A stretch of 64,000 bases of DNA, taken from assembly GCA_965235115.1 (NCBI GenBank), contig OZ249451.1:6696001-6760000 (forward strand). Direction: 5' to 3'. Origin of the DNA: Laetmonice hystrix. Lineage: Eukaryota. The notes beneath the pieces are model-generated. The model made no database searches. It was not told where the DNA came from and worked only from the letters and a program-made list of their open reading frames with translations. A program made the position numbers and the translations under genes. Positions 11,226 to 23,611 of this stretch are shown piece after piece (the first letter of the stretch is position 1; every line of letters begins with the position of its first letter).

Positions 11226-14200
11226 TCCTCAACCGCTGCATTGGAGGAGGAGAGGCCATACCTCATCACTCCAGTGAATGGAGCACCGACCGGGAGCCCA
11301 GCCACTCTAATCAACTCATCTACGCTGTCAGCATTTCCGGTTCCGTTAGGTAAACTTGAGTGTCTTTCTTGGTATCGAGAGGTGTTGGAGTTAGAGACAG
11401 GGTCCTGGAGTTCTATTCGTGCCTGGGCTGGGAGGAGGTGACATCTGTAGACGTGGGGCCTGGGAAAAATAGGTCCTGATGGCAGGCGCGAGTTCCCCAC
11501 TGATGGACATTTCATGCTCAGGGTCAGAGGTGGACCAGCGCCGGGTCAGAGGTGGGAGTCCCAAGGTGGAACTGAACGTACCTCCAAACCCCTCATCCCA
11601 ACATGGACGCGGCCTTTTCCATTGCTATAATCACCTAAGTGCGATAGAATCCGAGAACAGAAGGGTCGCTCCGCACGCTATTCCCCGCCCCTACCACTCC
11701 AATGGGCGAGCCGCTCCTTTTAAACCCACTCAATAATAGATGGAGCTTCCATGATACCACAATGGTCTCTCTCCTTACTACGTACGACCTGCCCCGGGTC
11801 CCGTCTATTCCAACTCCCCGGACATCCGTACCCCCCCCCCCCCTCCACTCCACTCCTCCGTGTGGGCCTCTAACAGTCCGTAATGTTATCTCCGCACACA
11901 ATGGCTCCAATCAAACCCACACCGGCCTCCACCTCCAGGGTTCTTGTCCCCATAAACGGGTTTCCGGGACGCAAGGAGAAAACGACCAATTAACAATGCT
12001 GACAGAGGCAGTCCTCCGTTTGAGAGGTGCCCTGAATCCACCAATGGACAAAATGCCGGAAGGGGTTCGAATCGGCGGGGCGATCATTGGATTTTTCATG
12101 TCATGTCCTCGGACCTGAGACCCAACGCCTTTAATCCGGGGGGGGGGGGGGGTAGGGGGGGGGGCGTGTGAGCCCCTTTCAGGTTATTGGATTCAGCCAG
12201 CCAGCCGGTAATGAAAGTCATCAGGCAAGGCCGGCCCGGAGCCAATAGGTCGGAGTTTGGAGCGGAGTTTGGAGCGGGGGAAGTCTATATCACCTGTAGA
12301 TGGAGACAAGGGCAGGCTGAGGTGTCCATGGCAACTATCTATGTCATTCTCTGTAGTGTCATCTCCCTCTGCTCGCCCTCTCTCATCTTACAAATCCCTA
12401 CTGTTTTACATCACAACACTGTGTCGGTATAACTCGGGTCTCCCCAGCCGTTTCTCTTGTCGTTCAGAACGACAGTGGAACAATCACTACTGTGCTTATT
12501 CATCCATCTCCAACGTCAGACAATCTCCCGTCTCCAACAGTCTCAGCGTCCACCACCCCGGTTTTTTTCTATGTCGTCTGCTTTCCTTCAAAGTGGCAAT
12601 CACACGACATTCGTTAATTTCCCATCACCTGAATCCCAGATTCCAGATTCCCCGCCTGGCCGGAATAACTGAGAGAAGAACCTGAAGAAACAATTATCGA
12701 TAGTCTAGCTGTCCCTGTGAGGATGGCTGATTCAGGCGTCAATAGACCAGGATTTAAGGCGTTGGTCTGGTCACGGCGGGCCAGCCTGCTCGTGTCAGAC
12801 CCACACTGGTCTGAAAACACTTCCCCTTTATCGGTATTATCAATACTGGCATACAATTACCGGCCGCCCCAACACCCACAATAACGGATTCTACTTCTTC
12901 CTGAATCTCCACCACATGATCTCGGCCAGCGTCCAATCGATGTGGGCAGTGTTGGGTATGTACGAGACAGTTGTATGTAGTATATGACTAGTGTATACCA
13001 TCCAGGATCGTGGCGGCTTCCAAACGACCAGTAATGGACGTAATGTGTAACCCGGGGCCCGTGCCCAGTCCATCACCCGTTTAACTGGCACGTCCGAAAA
13101 TTGGACGAGCCGCCTGGTCAGAAAGCTGTCAGCTCTCTGATCTCCTAAATCATATTACCTCTCGAGGCAGGATTGACCAAGTTTGGAGCAATGAGGTGTG
13201 CATCCTAATGTGGAGGTGCCCTTGGAACCTACGGCTCACGTACGAGTCTGATTGAGGTGTCAGCCAGGCCAGCCAAGCCAACCAGCCAGCCAGCACCGCC
13301 CCTCCCACCGGGACACACCACTTTGTAGAGGCACCCATGTGGCAGTCGGCGCCCCGCCAACTAGACCAGGAATGGAACGCAAGCATTCCTCGCAGTGGGA
13401 GACGTAAGAACATTCAGCAATATCAGATAAATGAAATCACCATCTGCTCACCGCCTTTCTCCGTCTATAAAAATACCTCCCAGAACGCGCTCAGGCCGCC
13501 ATCATTTCTACCGTACCACCAACACCTGGAAGAACTCCACCCAGACCACTCGTAGCGCGTGGGAACCGTTTGTGGAGTGTTTGACCCCAACATGAAAGCT
13601 ACAGGTTACCACATCTCCCGGGACAAAGATAAATGAGCATAGACGAACGATCTCTGACGTGGGGCCATGTTTTGTCACGTGACTCCCACCGGCTGCCGGT
13701 GATGACTACGGATGATATATGGCCAAGTAGTTTGTGTTTTACGCATGGCTTCCGTATTCTGGCTCTGCCGCGCTTAACAGGTGCTGGGCGTTCATGTTCA
13801 CAAGTGGAGAGTCAAGGGCGTTCAGTGGAATGATCAAAGTGTCGTTGGGAATGCCCTGTCAAGTCCATGATGCTGTTACTGTTGTGATCAAATAGTGAAT
13901 TTCTTATCCTTAGCATCAGTCAAACGCTCTGAATGAATGTCCTCAGATTGAAGCCAATCGGCGATTTTCATGGAATGTGGGGGACCCTGTAAGAAATGAT
14001 GTATTACCACATGCGATTACCACCTGACTACTAAAGGAGACGGTTCACCAATCAACCAACGCCCCTTATGAACCGTGGTGCATCCAACCATGACTGCCTG
14101 GCGTAAAGCCGCATCTAGACAATAAAGACTTCGCTGTTTATTTATTGACTGCCTAATCCCATCTTGCTCTGGGTGATTGTAGCCGATTGTAACACCGCCG

Positions 14201-14919
14201 ATACTGGATGGCCCTTCCGACAGCCGGCTGGTCACAGTCCTTGACGGACGGCTCGGAGGCCTGGGGCAGGGAGGCTGATAGTGATACGGATGTGGTTATG
14301 AGAGCAGGTTGGCGATCATGATACATACACAGCTGACGATATTACATACAGTTGCCGCCCGCCATGTGCCCCCAAGTCCCCAGCCCTCCGATTGCTACAG
14401 ACTCCTCCCCGCTCTCCTGCGACATCTCAGACTGATGGATGCTGTGCCTAGACTTCCAGGCCATGCCAACTGCAGCAATTTGCTGCACAGTGCTTAAAAG
14501 GATGATTTCTGCCTAACAATGGCCCGCGGAGTCCTTAAGACAAAACTTCTTCTATTGTCTGGTGACAACGCCTGTGTTAAGAAGAAGAGACCTGAAGTTG
14601 ACAGGACTAAAACATACGTCATAATGGCATGATGACAATGGCCTGATCTGAATAGAAATGGCACAAAAGGCGAGCACGCTTAACCCTTTCTTACCCGATG
14701 CCATCGATTGGTCCTGTTTTTATGATTGTAGGCAACTGCTCTACTCCGCTGTGACTTCAGGCGTCACCCCAGGATATACCGATACGACTTACTTGTGTCC
14801 TAAAAAATACTGTGCACTGGGATATTTAATATATAAAATACTTGTTAATCATAATAATGAAAGGACACCCTCCAAAAGGTCTTCGACGATATGAATAAGC
14901 GTGTCCGGACACGTCTTCA

Positions 14920-15100
14920 GCCCGGGAGGAACATTTCCAACATCTGCTGCAGGAAGAACTGCAACTGCAACGTAATACGCGAGACTTTACTGCAGAGTAA
15001 CTTTCGGCACACCCAGTATATAATAACGTCTCTCCTTGAACTCAGCGACCATCTCACTTGGTGAGCCTTTCTTTGATAACAGTAACCAACATGTCGACGT
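14920..15100 (-). mobile_element. BEL/Pao-like integrase Zn-binding region remnant
   Basis: Minus translation EFKERRYYILGVPKVTLQ*..DVGNVPP resembles BEL 'LRERYWILGARxLVK...MGxLP'. Confidence 0.3.
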
Positions 15101-15379
15101 GTCGCTGCGTCTCCTGGCTATCTAAGTAGTCAGTGGGAACCGACTCAATATTTCCCAGCTGGGCTGTTAGTTGAAGGTTAAGGAAGCGAACATATTGATT
15201 TTACGCCCCCTCCCCCTTGCCGATTCTCTAGTTCTGGAAGTATTCCCGACTTCCAATAGATTGCGGCGTCCAACTTTGCCATTAGAGATCAGTGTCATCT
15301 GTGCATATAGGGTACAATCACGTGACCCTAACATTCGAAAACAACCCACATACACAGGGTATCTAAAGTAATGCATGTA

Positions 15380-15663
15380 CAAAGGGTCGTTATGGCCAAA
15401 CTATATTTCAATTCACATTTAGTATTGTTTTACCATAAAGTAGAAGTTGTGAGCTTTCTAGTGATAACTCGTTTATCTTCCTTCAGTCATTTATCACTGA
15501 GCATCCGTGTCTTGAAAATGGCAGGTGAAATCCTGCTTGGAACAGTTCCATTGCCTTCAACGATTAAACCATGTACTTGAATGGCCAATCTCACCTTACA
15601 TATTTTATGGTAAAACCATAATAAATGTGAATTGAAATATAGTTTGGCCATAATGGCCCTTTG
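15380..15663. mobile_element. MITE with ~60 bp imperfect terminal inverted repeats
   Basis: CAAAGGGTCGTTATGGCCAAACTATATTTCAATTCACATTTA... at 15380 matches the reverse complement of 15600-15663. The left flank is TA and the right flank is AA. Confidence 0.8.
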
Positions 15664-16714
15664 AACACGGGTTACCGTTTTCGAGAAACCCTCTATGTCT
15701 TTCCAACATTCAACTGGACAATCTGAGCTCAGGGAGAGACCAACTATCCTAGATACCTTCACAAACACTACACATGACCTTGGCAGTGCCATGTTGAGAA
15801 CGGCTAGATTTGGCTGATTCTCCTAAACGTCACTTTACCAGGCACCGTATTTGTTCACCACCCAATGGGGATCGCTACCCCATAAAAATAAACAATGCCC
15901 CACACTGGCAACTTAACGCCTGTTGTCAGCTCGACCCGCAACACCCGCCCTGGCCAGCGTCCCTCAAAACGTGACCAATTACTACGAGAACAACCATAGG
16001 ACAGCACCGACTGCCCACAGCGAGCGGTTTGAAGAGGACAGGAGGGGAGTAAGGAGGTGACAGTTCTACTCCTAAACGATCATTATCACAGCTATTCTTC
16101 ACGCCAGCCCCCAAGTCACAGTTGATCATAATTACGACCAGTTCTCCCGGCAGCCGACACCTTCCAGACGTTTCCGACGACAGCTGTCCAAGGTGTGCCC
16201 CTCTGGGCGAGCAGCGCACAGAATGTTAAAACCCCTCCAACCTTCCTGCCATCATGAATATTTCCCGGCGGCACGAATAAGAAAAGACGGCTAAGAACGT
16301 GAACGCCGAGTGTCCAAACATGAGTCGCCTGAAGAGGACCGACATGTCTACACGCAACTTCTGATAATGACCGGCCGAATGACAATCTGTTTCTTGATAA
16401 TGTCGTGTAATTTTGATGTAATTACCCCGCTGTCAAGTGAATTGCACATCACCCTCCTGGTAAATGAAGCTAACTGCAGTTGTTTTGTCCCGGTTGCCAG
16501 GCTACAAGCAGTTTATATAAGAAGAAATCCGTGCTTATGACCGAGATCCATTTTTGAAGGAATCTTACAATTCATCCTAGGCCTGCCTGCCTAGGCCTTT
16601 GTGTATAGGCCTTTGTTCAAAGATATATTAGTATGCGATTTATAGGGATTCACAAACCTTCGGGTTTCACATCCCTTTTCCAATGTATCCCTTTTGCTCT
16701 TTGGAATAAACTTA

Positions 16715-16717
<3 letters not shown>

Positions 16718-16777
<60 letters not shown>
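16718..16777. repeat. (AT)30 microsatellite
   Basis: Read directly from the sequence. Confidence 0.98.
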
Positions 16778-16779
<2 letters not shown>

Positions 16780-16884
16780 ATGAGCACTTCTAAATACTTA
16801 CATGTACCTTCATGGATGCAAGACCAAGACGCCATACGGCTTTTACACAAAACAGGTACTGGCTGTTGCCTCCCGAGCGATCCT

Positions 16885-17270
16885 TGATGAGGACCCCATG
16901 GTTGTTGCTAAGCCCATGGATGTTGCCCACCATCAGACCCTTTCTGAAGGCCCCATGGTTTTTGCATATTGGATCCCCTTACTGAGAACCCCTTGGTTGT
17001 TGCATACCGCATGACCCTTACTGAGAACCCCATGGTTGGTGTATACCGCATGACCCTTACTGAGAACCCCATGGTTGTTGCATATCCTATGACCCTTACT
17101 GAGGACCCCATGAATGTTGCATATCCTATGACCCTTACTGAGAACCCCATGGTTGTTGCATATCCTATGACCCTTACTGAGAACCCCATGGTTGGTGTAT
17201 ACCGCATGACCCTTACTGAGAACCCCATGGTTGTTGCATATCCTATGACCCTTACTGAGAACCCCATGGC
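16885..17270. repeat. 39-bp minisatellite, ~10 copies (left copies diverged)
   Basis: Unit ATGACCCTTACTGAGAACCCCATGGTTG[T/G]TG(CATATCCT/TATACCGC). The 13-aa periodicity shows in ORFs 16908, 16933 and 16969. Confidence 0.95.
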
Positions 17271-17419
17271 CTTTCCTTCCCCGATAGGTCATGCTGCCTA
17301 GGTCCCTTGGCTTCCGTCCTATCAGCACACCGCCCGGCGCCGCTTCGGGTAAGCTACGACTGCCAGGGGACTAATTCAAAGTGATGGTGACGCTATAACC
17401 CCTGGCCGTCCTCACCAGT

Positions 17420-17590
17420 GGTCAAGCTCAACTGACCACTGAGATGATGCCTGGCCCTGGACAGCGTTCAAGCTCAGTGTGACCAGTGACACTGCGCCAG
17501 ACTTGAGGACGGCTTGTTCCCGGGAGTGTCTCTGTTTCCCGGAGATAAGAGCGAGCTCCTCCAACTCCCCCTGCCTTGCCCTGCCCAGTA
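17420..17590 (+). mobile_element. L2-like RT remnant (YADD region)
   Basis: H*DDAWPWTAFKLS followed by GDKSELLQL resembles L2 'YADDTQLYxSFK...NxDKTELL'. Confidence 0.3.
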
Positions 17591-18998
17591 TCACCCCTAC
17601 TTTACCCTACCACACCACATCCCCTGACCGGCGCCAAAACTCGGCACCTATCGGCACCCACATCCTGTCTACCTCCATCACATCATCCCAGACCAGGCCG
17701 TGTGAAATAGGGTAGAGAAATAAGAGGAAATGCCGAGCAGCGCTCAAAGAAACGACCTACTCCTGTGCTTTTTTTTCGCTCCACATGTACATGCCTGTGC
17801 CATTTCTCTGTATGTACAAATGTAAATGGATCCGACACAGGTAATCTTTAGATCATCACGCGATACCTGCATCGTTAGACGCCATCTATTACTGCGCAAC
17901 CTCTTCCTCCTTTATTTGGCTAAACCGTTTTTCAGCCGACATTCTCACATTTGTATATTATTACATGCATCCAAAATAAATAAATTTTCCGGCCTAAAAC
18001 CTGTACCCTCTATATCAGTGACCAGACGCTATCCCCTGCAGCCAATCCGAAACGACCACTGACATTAATGAAAGGAAAACGCTGCCGGCTGAACGCTCAA
18101 CAAGTGCCACTTTAATGTCGTCTCTCAACCTGGACACGGAGACGGAAACGGCAGACAGTACTGCCGACGTTTCCCAGAAGCAGTTAACGGTTTCCGTTTC
18201 CGCCTCTGCCCCTGGCTGTTTCCATTACTGAAAGACCAAGACACTCTAGCCCTGATGTGTAGTATCGTGGCGAAGGTTAATTGGCGCCAGAGACATGGGA
18301 ACGTGTCTAAGCACAAGTGGCTACAGCCAGTGACAAAACGAAAAGGGTGTATAAAGATTTACGTTTAACGGTCTCATTAAGAAAGGTCTGAGACCGGCCT
18401 TTCATTCTGATTGGCCATGAATTACTAGTACGACACGTTAAAGTGACAAGATACAACACGTGAAAGGAAACCAAAGTAAATGGTTGCTATAAGGACACAA
18501 ACACACGCGAGAGTTGTGTACAACCTGACGACTGGTAAACCGACATCCGGATTAGGGCTTTTTCAGACCCAGATTATCACTCTCCCACTGGAACCCTAAT
18601 CCCTCAACTGAAATCTACCTGTTGCATGCACACAGGCCTCCAGTTAACCCAGCAGTAATTGTACACCACACCCGGGAAAAACTTAGTACTAGGCTTGGTT
18701 CGCATTACATGTATACCCCAAAACAGGCACTCCATTTGGCTTTGTATTTTACTTCCAAGCAGATTCTGTCATTTTCCAGTCACAACTACACCCTGGTCAC
18801 ATCCTACATTGTGTTGGAACCATCCATTGACATTCAATACAACTTCCTGTCCAATCTACATCTTGTTATCACTCTCCAGCGCGGGAGGCACTTGATCCAC
18901 CATTGAAAACATGAATGCAGATCTAATTTCAGAATGTTAAAATTACTGAAACAACTGGCTCGGGAAGTGAAACGTTCCAACAAGGTTTTGTTACGAAA

Positions 18999-20124
18999 AT
19001 GGTCGGTGTACGGTGGCTGGCCACATCCTAATTATCTTGTCTCAGATACTGTTTAAATGTTACATACGGACTTCAGGAAGTGATGGTCGGCGTACAGTGG
19101 CTGGTCACATCCTAATTATCTTGTCTCAGATACTGTTTAAGTGTTACATACGGACTTCAGGAAGTGATGGTCGGTGTACGGTGGCTGGCCACATCCTAAT
19201 TATCTTGTCTCAGATACTGTTTAAATGTTACATACGGACTTCAGGAAGTGATGGTCGGCGTACAGTGGCTGGTCACATCCTAATTATCTTGTCTCAGATA
19301 CTGTTTAAATGTTACATACGGACTTCAGGAAGTGATGGTCGGTGTACGGTGGCTGGTCACATCCTAATTATCTTGTCTCAGATACTGTTTAAGTGTTACA
19401 TACGGACTTCAGGAAGTGATGGTCGGCGTACAGTGGCTGGTCACATCCTAATTATCTTGTCTCAGATACTGTTTAAGTGTTACATACGGACTTCAGGAAG
19501 TGATGGTCGGCGTACAGTGGCTGGCCACATCCTAATTATCTTGTCTCAGATACTGTTTAAATGTTACATACGGACTTCAGGAAGTGATGGTCGGTGTACG
19601 GTAGCTGGTCACATCCTAATTATCTTGTCTCAGATACTGTTTAAGTGTTACATACGGACTTCAGGAAGTGATGGTCGGCGTACAGTGGCTGGTCACATCC
19701 TAATTATCTTGTCTCAGATACTGTTTAAATGTTACATACGGACTTCAGGAAGTGATGGTCGGTGTACAGTGGCTGGCCACATCCTAATTATCCTGTCTCA
19801 GATACTGTTTAAGTGTTACATACGAACTTCAGGAAGTGATGGTCGGTGTACAGTGGCTGGCCACATCCTAATTATCTTGTCTCAGATACTGTTTAAATGT
19901 TACATACGGACTTCAGGAAGTGATGGTCGGTGTACAGTGGCTGGTCACATCTTAATTATCTTGTCTCAGATACTGTTTAAGTGTTACATACGGACTTCAG
20001 GAAGTGATGGTCGGTGTACGGTGGCTGGTCACATCCTAATTATCTTGTCTCAGATACTGTTTAAATGTTACATACGGACTTCAGGAAGTGATGGTCGGTG
20101 TACAGTGGCTGGTCACATCCTAAT
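18999..20124. repeat. 84-bp tandem array, left part (~13.4 copies)
   Basis: Unit ATGGTCGG[T/C]GTAC[G/A]GTGGCTGG[C/T]CACATCCTAATTATCTTGTCTCAGATACTGTTTAA[A/G]TGTTACATACGGACTTCAGGAAGTG. Period confirmed between 18999 and 19083. Confidence 0.98.
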
Positions 20125-20486
20125 GAGGGACTTTGTTACCGTCTTTTCCGCGTGGCGGCAGCACTATCAACCCGGTCCCCTTGGGCCACATTATTATGAC
20201 GTTAGATAGGTCGACGAAATGCTAATCTATCGCTGGGTGCCGTAGTGCTATTTGCTATGAAATATTATGGTACGTTTAGGAGTTCTACAACATGGTGAAG
20301 CCTATCAAGTTATTATTTTTCATAACAAATAGTCTAAACACATCCTGCCACAGATTAGCATTTCGTCGTCCTATCTAACGTCATACTAATGTGTAGCCAA
20401 GAGGACCGGGCGACAGTGCTGCCGCCACGCGGATATGACTGGAAATGTGCCGTTGCGCATGCGTCTCAAGGAGTGTGAAGTCCCTC
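20125..20486. mobile_element. 362-bp MITE with AT target-site duplication (ISL2EU/Harbinger-like) inserted in the 84-bp array
   Basis: The array unit CCTAATTATC is split as CCTAAT|GAGGGACTT ... AAGTCCCTC|ATTATC. It has a 9-bp TIR, a 2-bp AT duplication, and an ~80-bp subterminal inverted repeat (20148-20228 vs 20352-20432). The family label rests on the reported AT TSD and RR..YY termini of ISL2EU. Confidence 0.85.
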
Positions 20487-20878
20487 ATTATCTTGTCTCA
20501 GATACTGTTTAAGTGTTACATACGGACTTCAGGAAGTGATGGTCGGTGTACGGTGGCTGGTCACATCTTAATTATCTTGTCTCAGATACTGTTTAAGTGT
20601 TACATACGGACTTCAGGAAGTGATGGTCGGTGTACGGTGGCTGGCCACATCCTAATTATCTTGTCTCAGATACTGTTTAAGTGTTACATACGGACTTCAG
20701 GAAGTGATGGTTGGCGTACAGTGGCTGGCCACATCCTAATTATCTTGTCTCAGATACTGTTTAAGTGTTACATACGGACTTCAGGAAGTGATGGTTGGCG
20801 TACAGTGGCTGGTCACATCCTATTTTATCTTGTCTCAGATACTGTTTAAATGTTAAATACGGACTTCAGGAAGTGATG
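20487..20878. repeat. 84-bp tandem array, right part (~4.7 copies)
   Basis: The same unit resumes in register after the MITE. Confidence 0.97.
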
Positions 20879-21828
20879 CCGGTAAAATTGATTACACGGA
20901 TATCAACCGGGACGCAGACCACACGTCCATACTACGCGGGGTCCTCTGAAATGTCAACCTACAGCAAATCTGCTTTTATGGTCTTTAACAAAAATGCTTT
21001 TACAGAACTGGGCTAAATATTTTACACACGAGTAGGGCGTGCCCTCCATCTACGCAGCTACCATTGCACTTTGTGTTATGGCGACACCTTTCCCAAAACA
21101 AAGACATCAAAGACAAACTATCCCTTTGCCGTTTTCTCTATTAATACGAGGTTAAATCTCTGGATAAGCTCTCAGGGGGCTAAGGAAGCCTTTACGTGTT
21201 AAACGCATTCATGCCAACTTTACTAATACTGGGATAGGATAGTGGTCCACTGAAACATTCCCACGCCCCCTCCAATACGTTTCCTTGCTCAGGTTACACC
21301 TTGAGCTGTGGTAAGCGGTGCATAACTCAGGGACACCAATTGGACATAATTGTAGCCTGATATGAATGCATTCATGAGGCTTTTGGTAAATTCACCGGAG
21401 TTTAGAAGATTAGGACCTGTTTTTTGCATAATTTATATTGCTAGGAAAACCACTACACACGAACCGGTCAGTTGGCTTGAACATACTTCACATTTGCAGA
21501 TGCTAATTTACTCACGAACGAAAATCATCAAAACCCCCAAAAATACACCTACCCTCCTCTTCATTGAGAAAATTCCGCCACTTTATATCATATTGTGTTC
21601 TTTCTACTGTCCAATTACTGTCGTGATGTCCTGATAAGGAGTTGTAGGTATGAGATGCACCCAACGACACATCTGTTAATCAAGGTAATTAGCCTAATTA
21701 TTTGATTAATTCACCGCCATGCCGGATTGCGCCTGAATGGGGCGGATTGCTGTGGCGACTGAAGCGTGAGATTGTGTGGACACAGTCGGACAGCAGGTTG
21801 GTGTTGGTTCCTTGCACTATCACTATAA

Positions 21829-22062
21829 CTGTAATATCACGGCTCTCTGTAATAGCCTCTGTAATATCACGGCCTCTGCAATATCACGGTCTTCCTGCAA
21901 TATCCCGGCCTCCCTGCAATATCAAGGCCTCTGTGATAGCACGGCTCTGTAATATCACAGCCTCTGTGATATCACGGCCTCTCTGCAAGACCAAGGCCTC
22001 TCTGTGATATCACGGCCTCTGCAATTATCAGGGCCTCTGTAATATCACGGCTTCTGTGACAT
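21829..22062. repeat. Degenerate short-unit minisatellite built on GTAATATCACGGCCTCTG
   Basis: Repeated ATATCACGGC[C/T]TCTG words with variable spacing. Confidence 0.8.
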
Positions 22063-22879
22063 CACCGACTTTTTATAATTTCCCTCATTATGGCCTGTCG
22101 TCCCCTGACCAGTAATATTTGGCTGGGCCTTGAACCATTACGAAAACCTGCCGCCACACTTGACCCAGATATGACTGGAAACCACGCTAAATATATCTGA
22201 TCCTGGTGCAATATGACGGCAGATCAATCCACAACATATGTCCAAACGATATCACCTCCTTCCACGGCTCCCGACAGTGGACTCGACAACAGCTGTACAG
22301 AACGTTACCTAGCCACTTATAGTATAGAATCCTCCCTTGGTTTTTTTCCTGCACCCTACCTCCCCCTCCCTCCCGCCGACTCATGCCCGATGCCGTTTGA
22401 TGCGCTACCATCAAAGCAGCCGAGATCTCTGCTTGGCGCGCTTCTTCCTCCAGCTGGCCAGTCAAGCCAAACACAAACGCGAGCCTTCAAACAGATCGAG
22501 GCTGCTCGATCAACTCCTGGCCAGTTTGGACGGACCGACCTTCCTTCCTTCCTTCCTGCCCACTCCTCTACGCCCATTCATGTTCGGCTCCGATCGACTA
22601 CCGCCGGACAGGAGAAGAAACGCCACCGAAAAGGGATGTTCTTTTTGTGCGGGTCACGGAATGACACGATTAGGTCCGCTCTGTGAGGCGGAACCACATG
22701 CCGTATAATGTGCCCGACATGGAGATGTGCCCATAGTCGATTCTATAAACGCAGACCACCATTTCATGTTTTACAAATTAGCTAGTACAGCAGTCTCGAT
22801 CATCCAGACCCTCAGCGGCCCGAGCAGAGGGTCTGGAAAAGTTCCTATCTGAGAGTTGTTCGTTTCGTTGAGCTCGTAA

Positions 22880-23060
22880 GCGGCCCGTTTACTCGGTTCC
22901 AGTTTCCGGTTTGCTCGCAGCTGATTGGTCCATACCGAAAATCTACCAAGAGCCGGAGCATTTGGGGGGGGGGGGGGGGGGGTCGCATGCAGCGACCGAG
23001 CGTGGGAATATCAAGCCGGACGGGGCGTGAGCAGGTGATCCCGCCGGGCCTGCCGGCGTG
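22880..23060. promoter_or_regulatory. Promoter-like CpG-rich segment (NF-Y CCAAT box, ETS site)
   Basis: GCTGATTGGTCC at ~22920 (GGACCAATCAGC on the minus strand) and TTTCCGGT at ~22903, in a CpG-dense context. No transcript evidence. Confidence 0.35.
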
Positions 23061-23611
23061 TTCACGCGTCCCACAGAATCTAGCCATTCACTCGTTTTTT
23101 TAACAATTTTACACCGGTCTGAGCGCATGAGGTTTTAAAAAAATATATGCTCCTAACATAGGCCTATATAGAATCTAGTCCTAAGCCTTAGTTTGTGGGT
23201 GGTACGTTTGATAACGATTCCTAGCACAGTGAGTAGGCCTACCGGTATATGAAAAATTACGAGTTGACTGTCGGCAGTCTGACACTGACAGCGACTCGCG
23301 CCCGGGTGCCTGGTCTGCCGTGTTTCAATGACTGACGCTGGACATTAAATAACATATTGACATCTCACGACACTGTTTATTCTTAGTTATAATATTAGAA
23401 CAATCTCATTCTGGAAAACTGACAAAACAAACACCGCTCTGAGGTCGCTTACGACATGGAGCACGGGGCGCCACCTTATGACGAACAAACGCCAGACACA
23501 AACTTTCCCAGACTCTCGTACAGCGAGAGAGTCGGGTGACCGAGACTGCTAGTACAGTCGTCATCGAGGCGCGAGCACTCTGTCAAACTACGTCGTCCTC
23601 TGGTACGTCCG

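Noticed and set aside
11263-11460. Minus-strand segment with an acceptor (TTTTTCCCAG) and donor (GAG|GTATGG) and an open frame
   Set aside because: The peptide is unrecognisable and no partner exons were found in a retroelement-littered region. It is left as unsupported.
12062-12085. GGTTCGAATC, a tRNA T-loop/B-box-like word
   Set aside because: No A box or cloverleaf stems are present around it.
12754-12936. VIVGVGAAG, a Rossmann GxGxxG-like motif
   Set aside because: It sits in a 60-aa ORF with no splice support and no continuation of the fold.
19013-20209. 398-aa ORF with a 28-aa (84-bp) period, the unit length of C2H2 zinc-finger arrays
   Set aside because: None of the six frames of the unit shows CxxC...HxxxH or a TGEKP linker. 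The other five frames have stops, and a MITE truncates the ORF.
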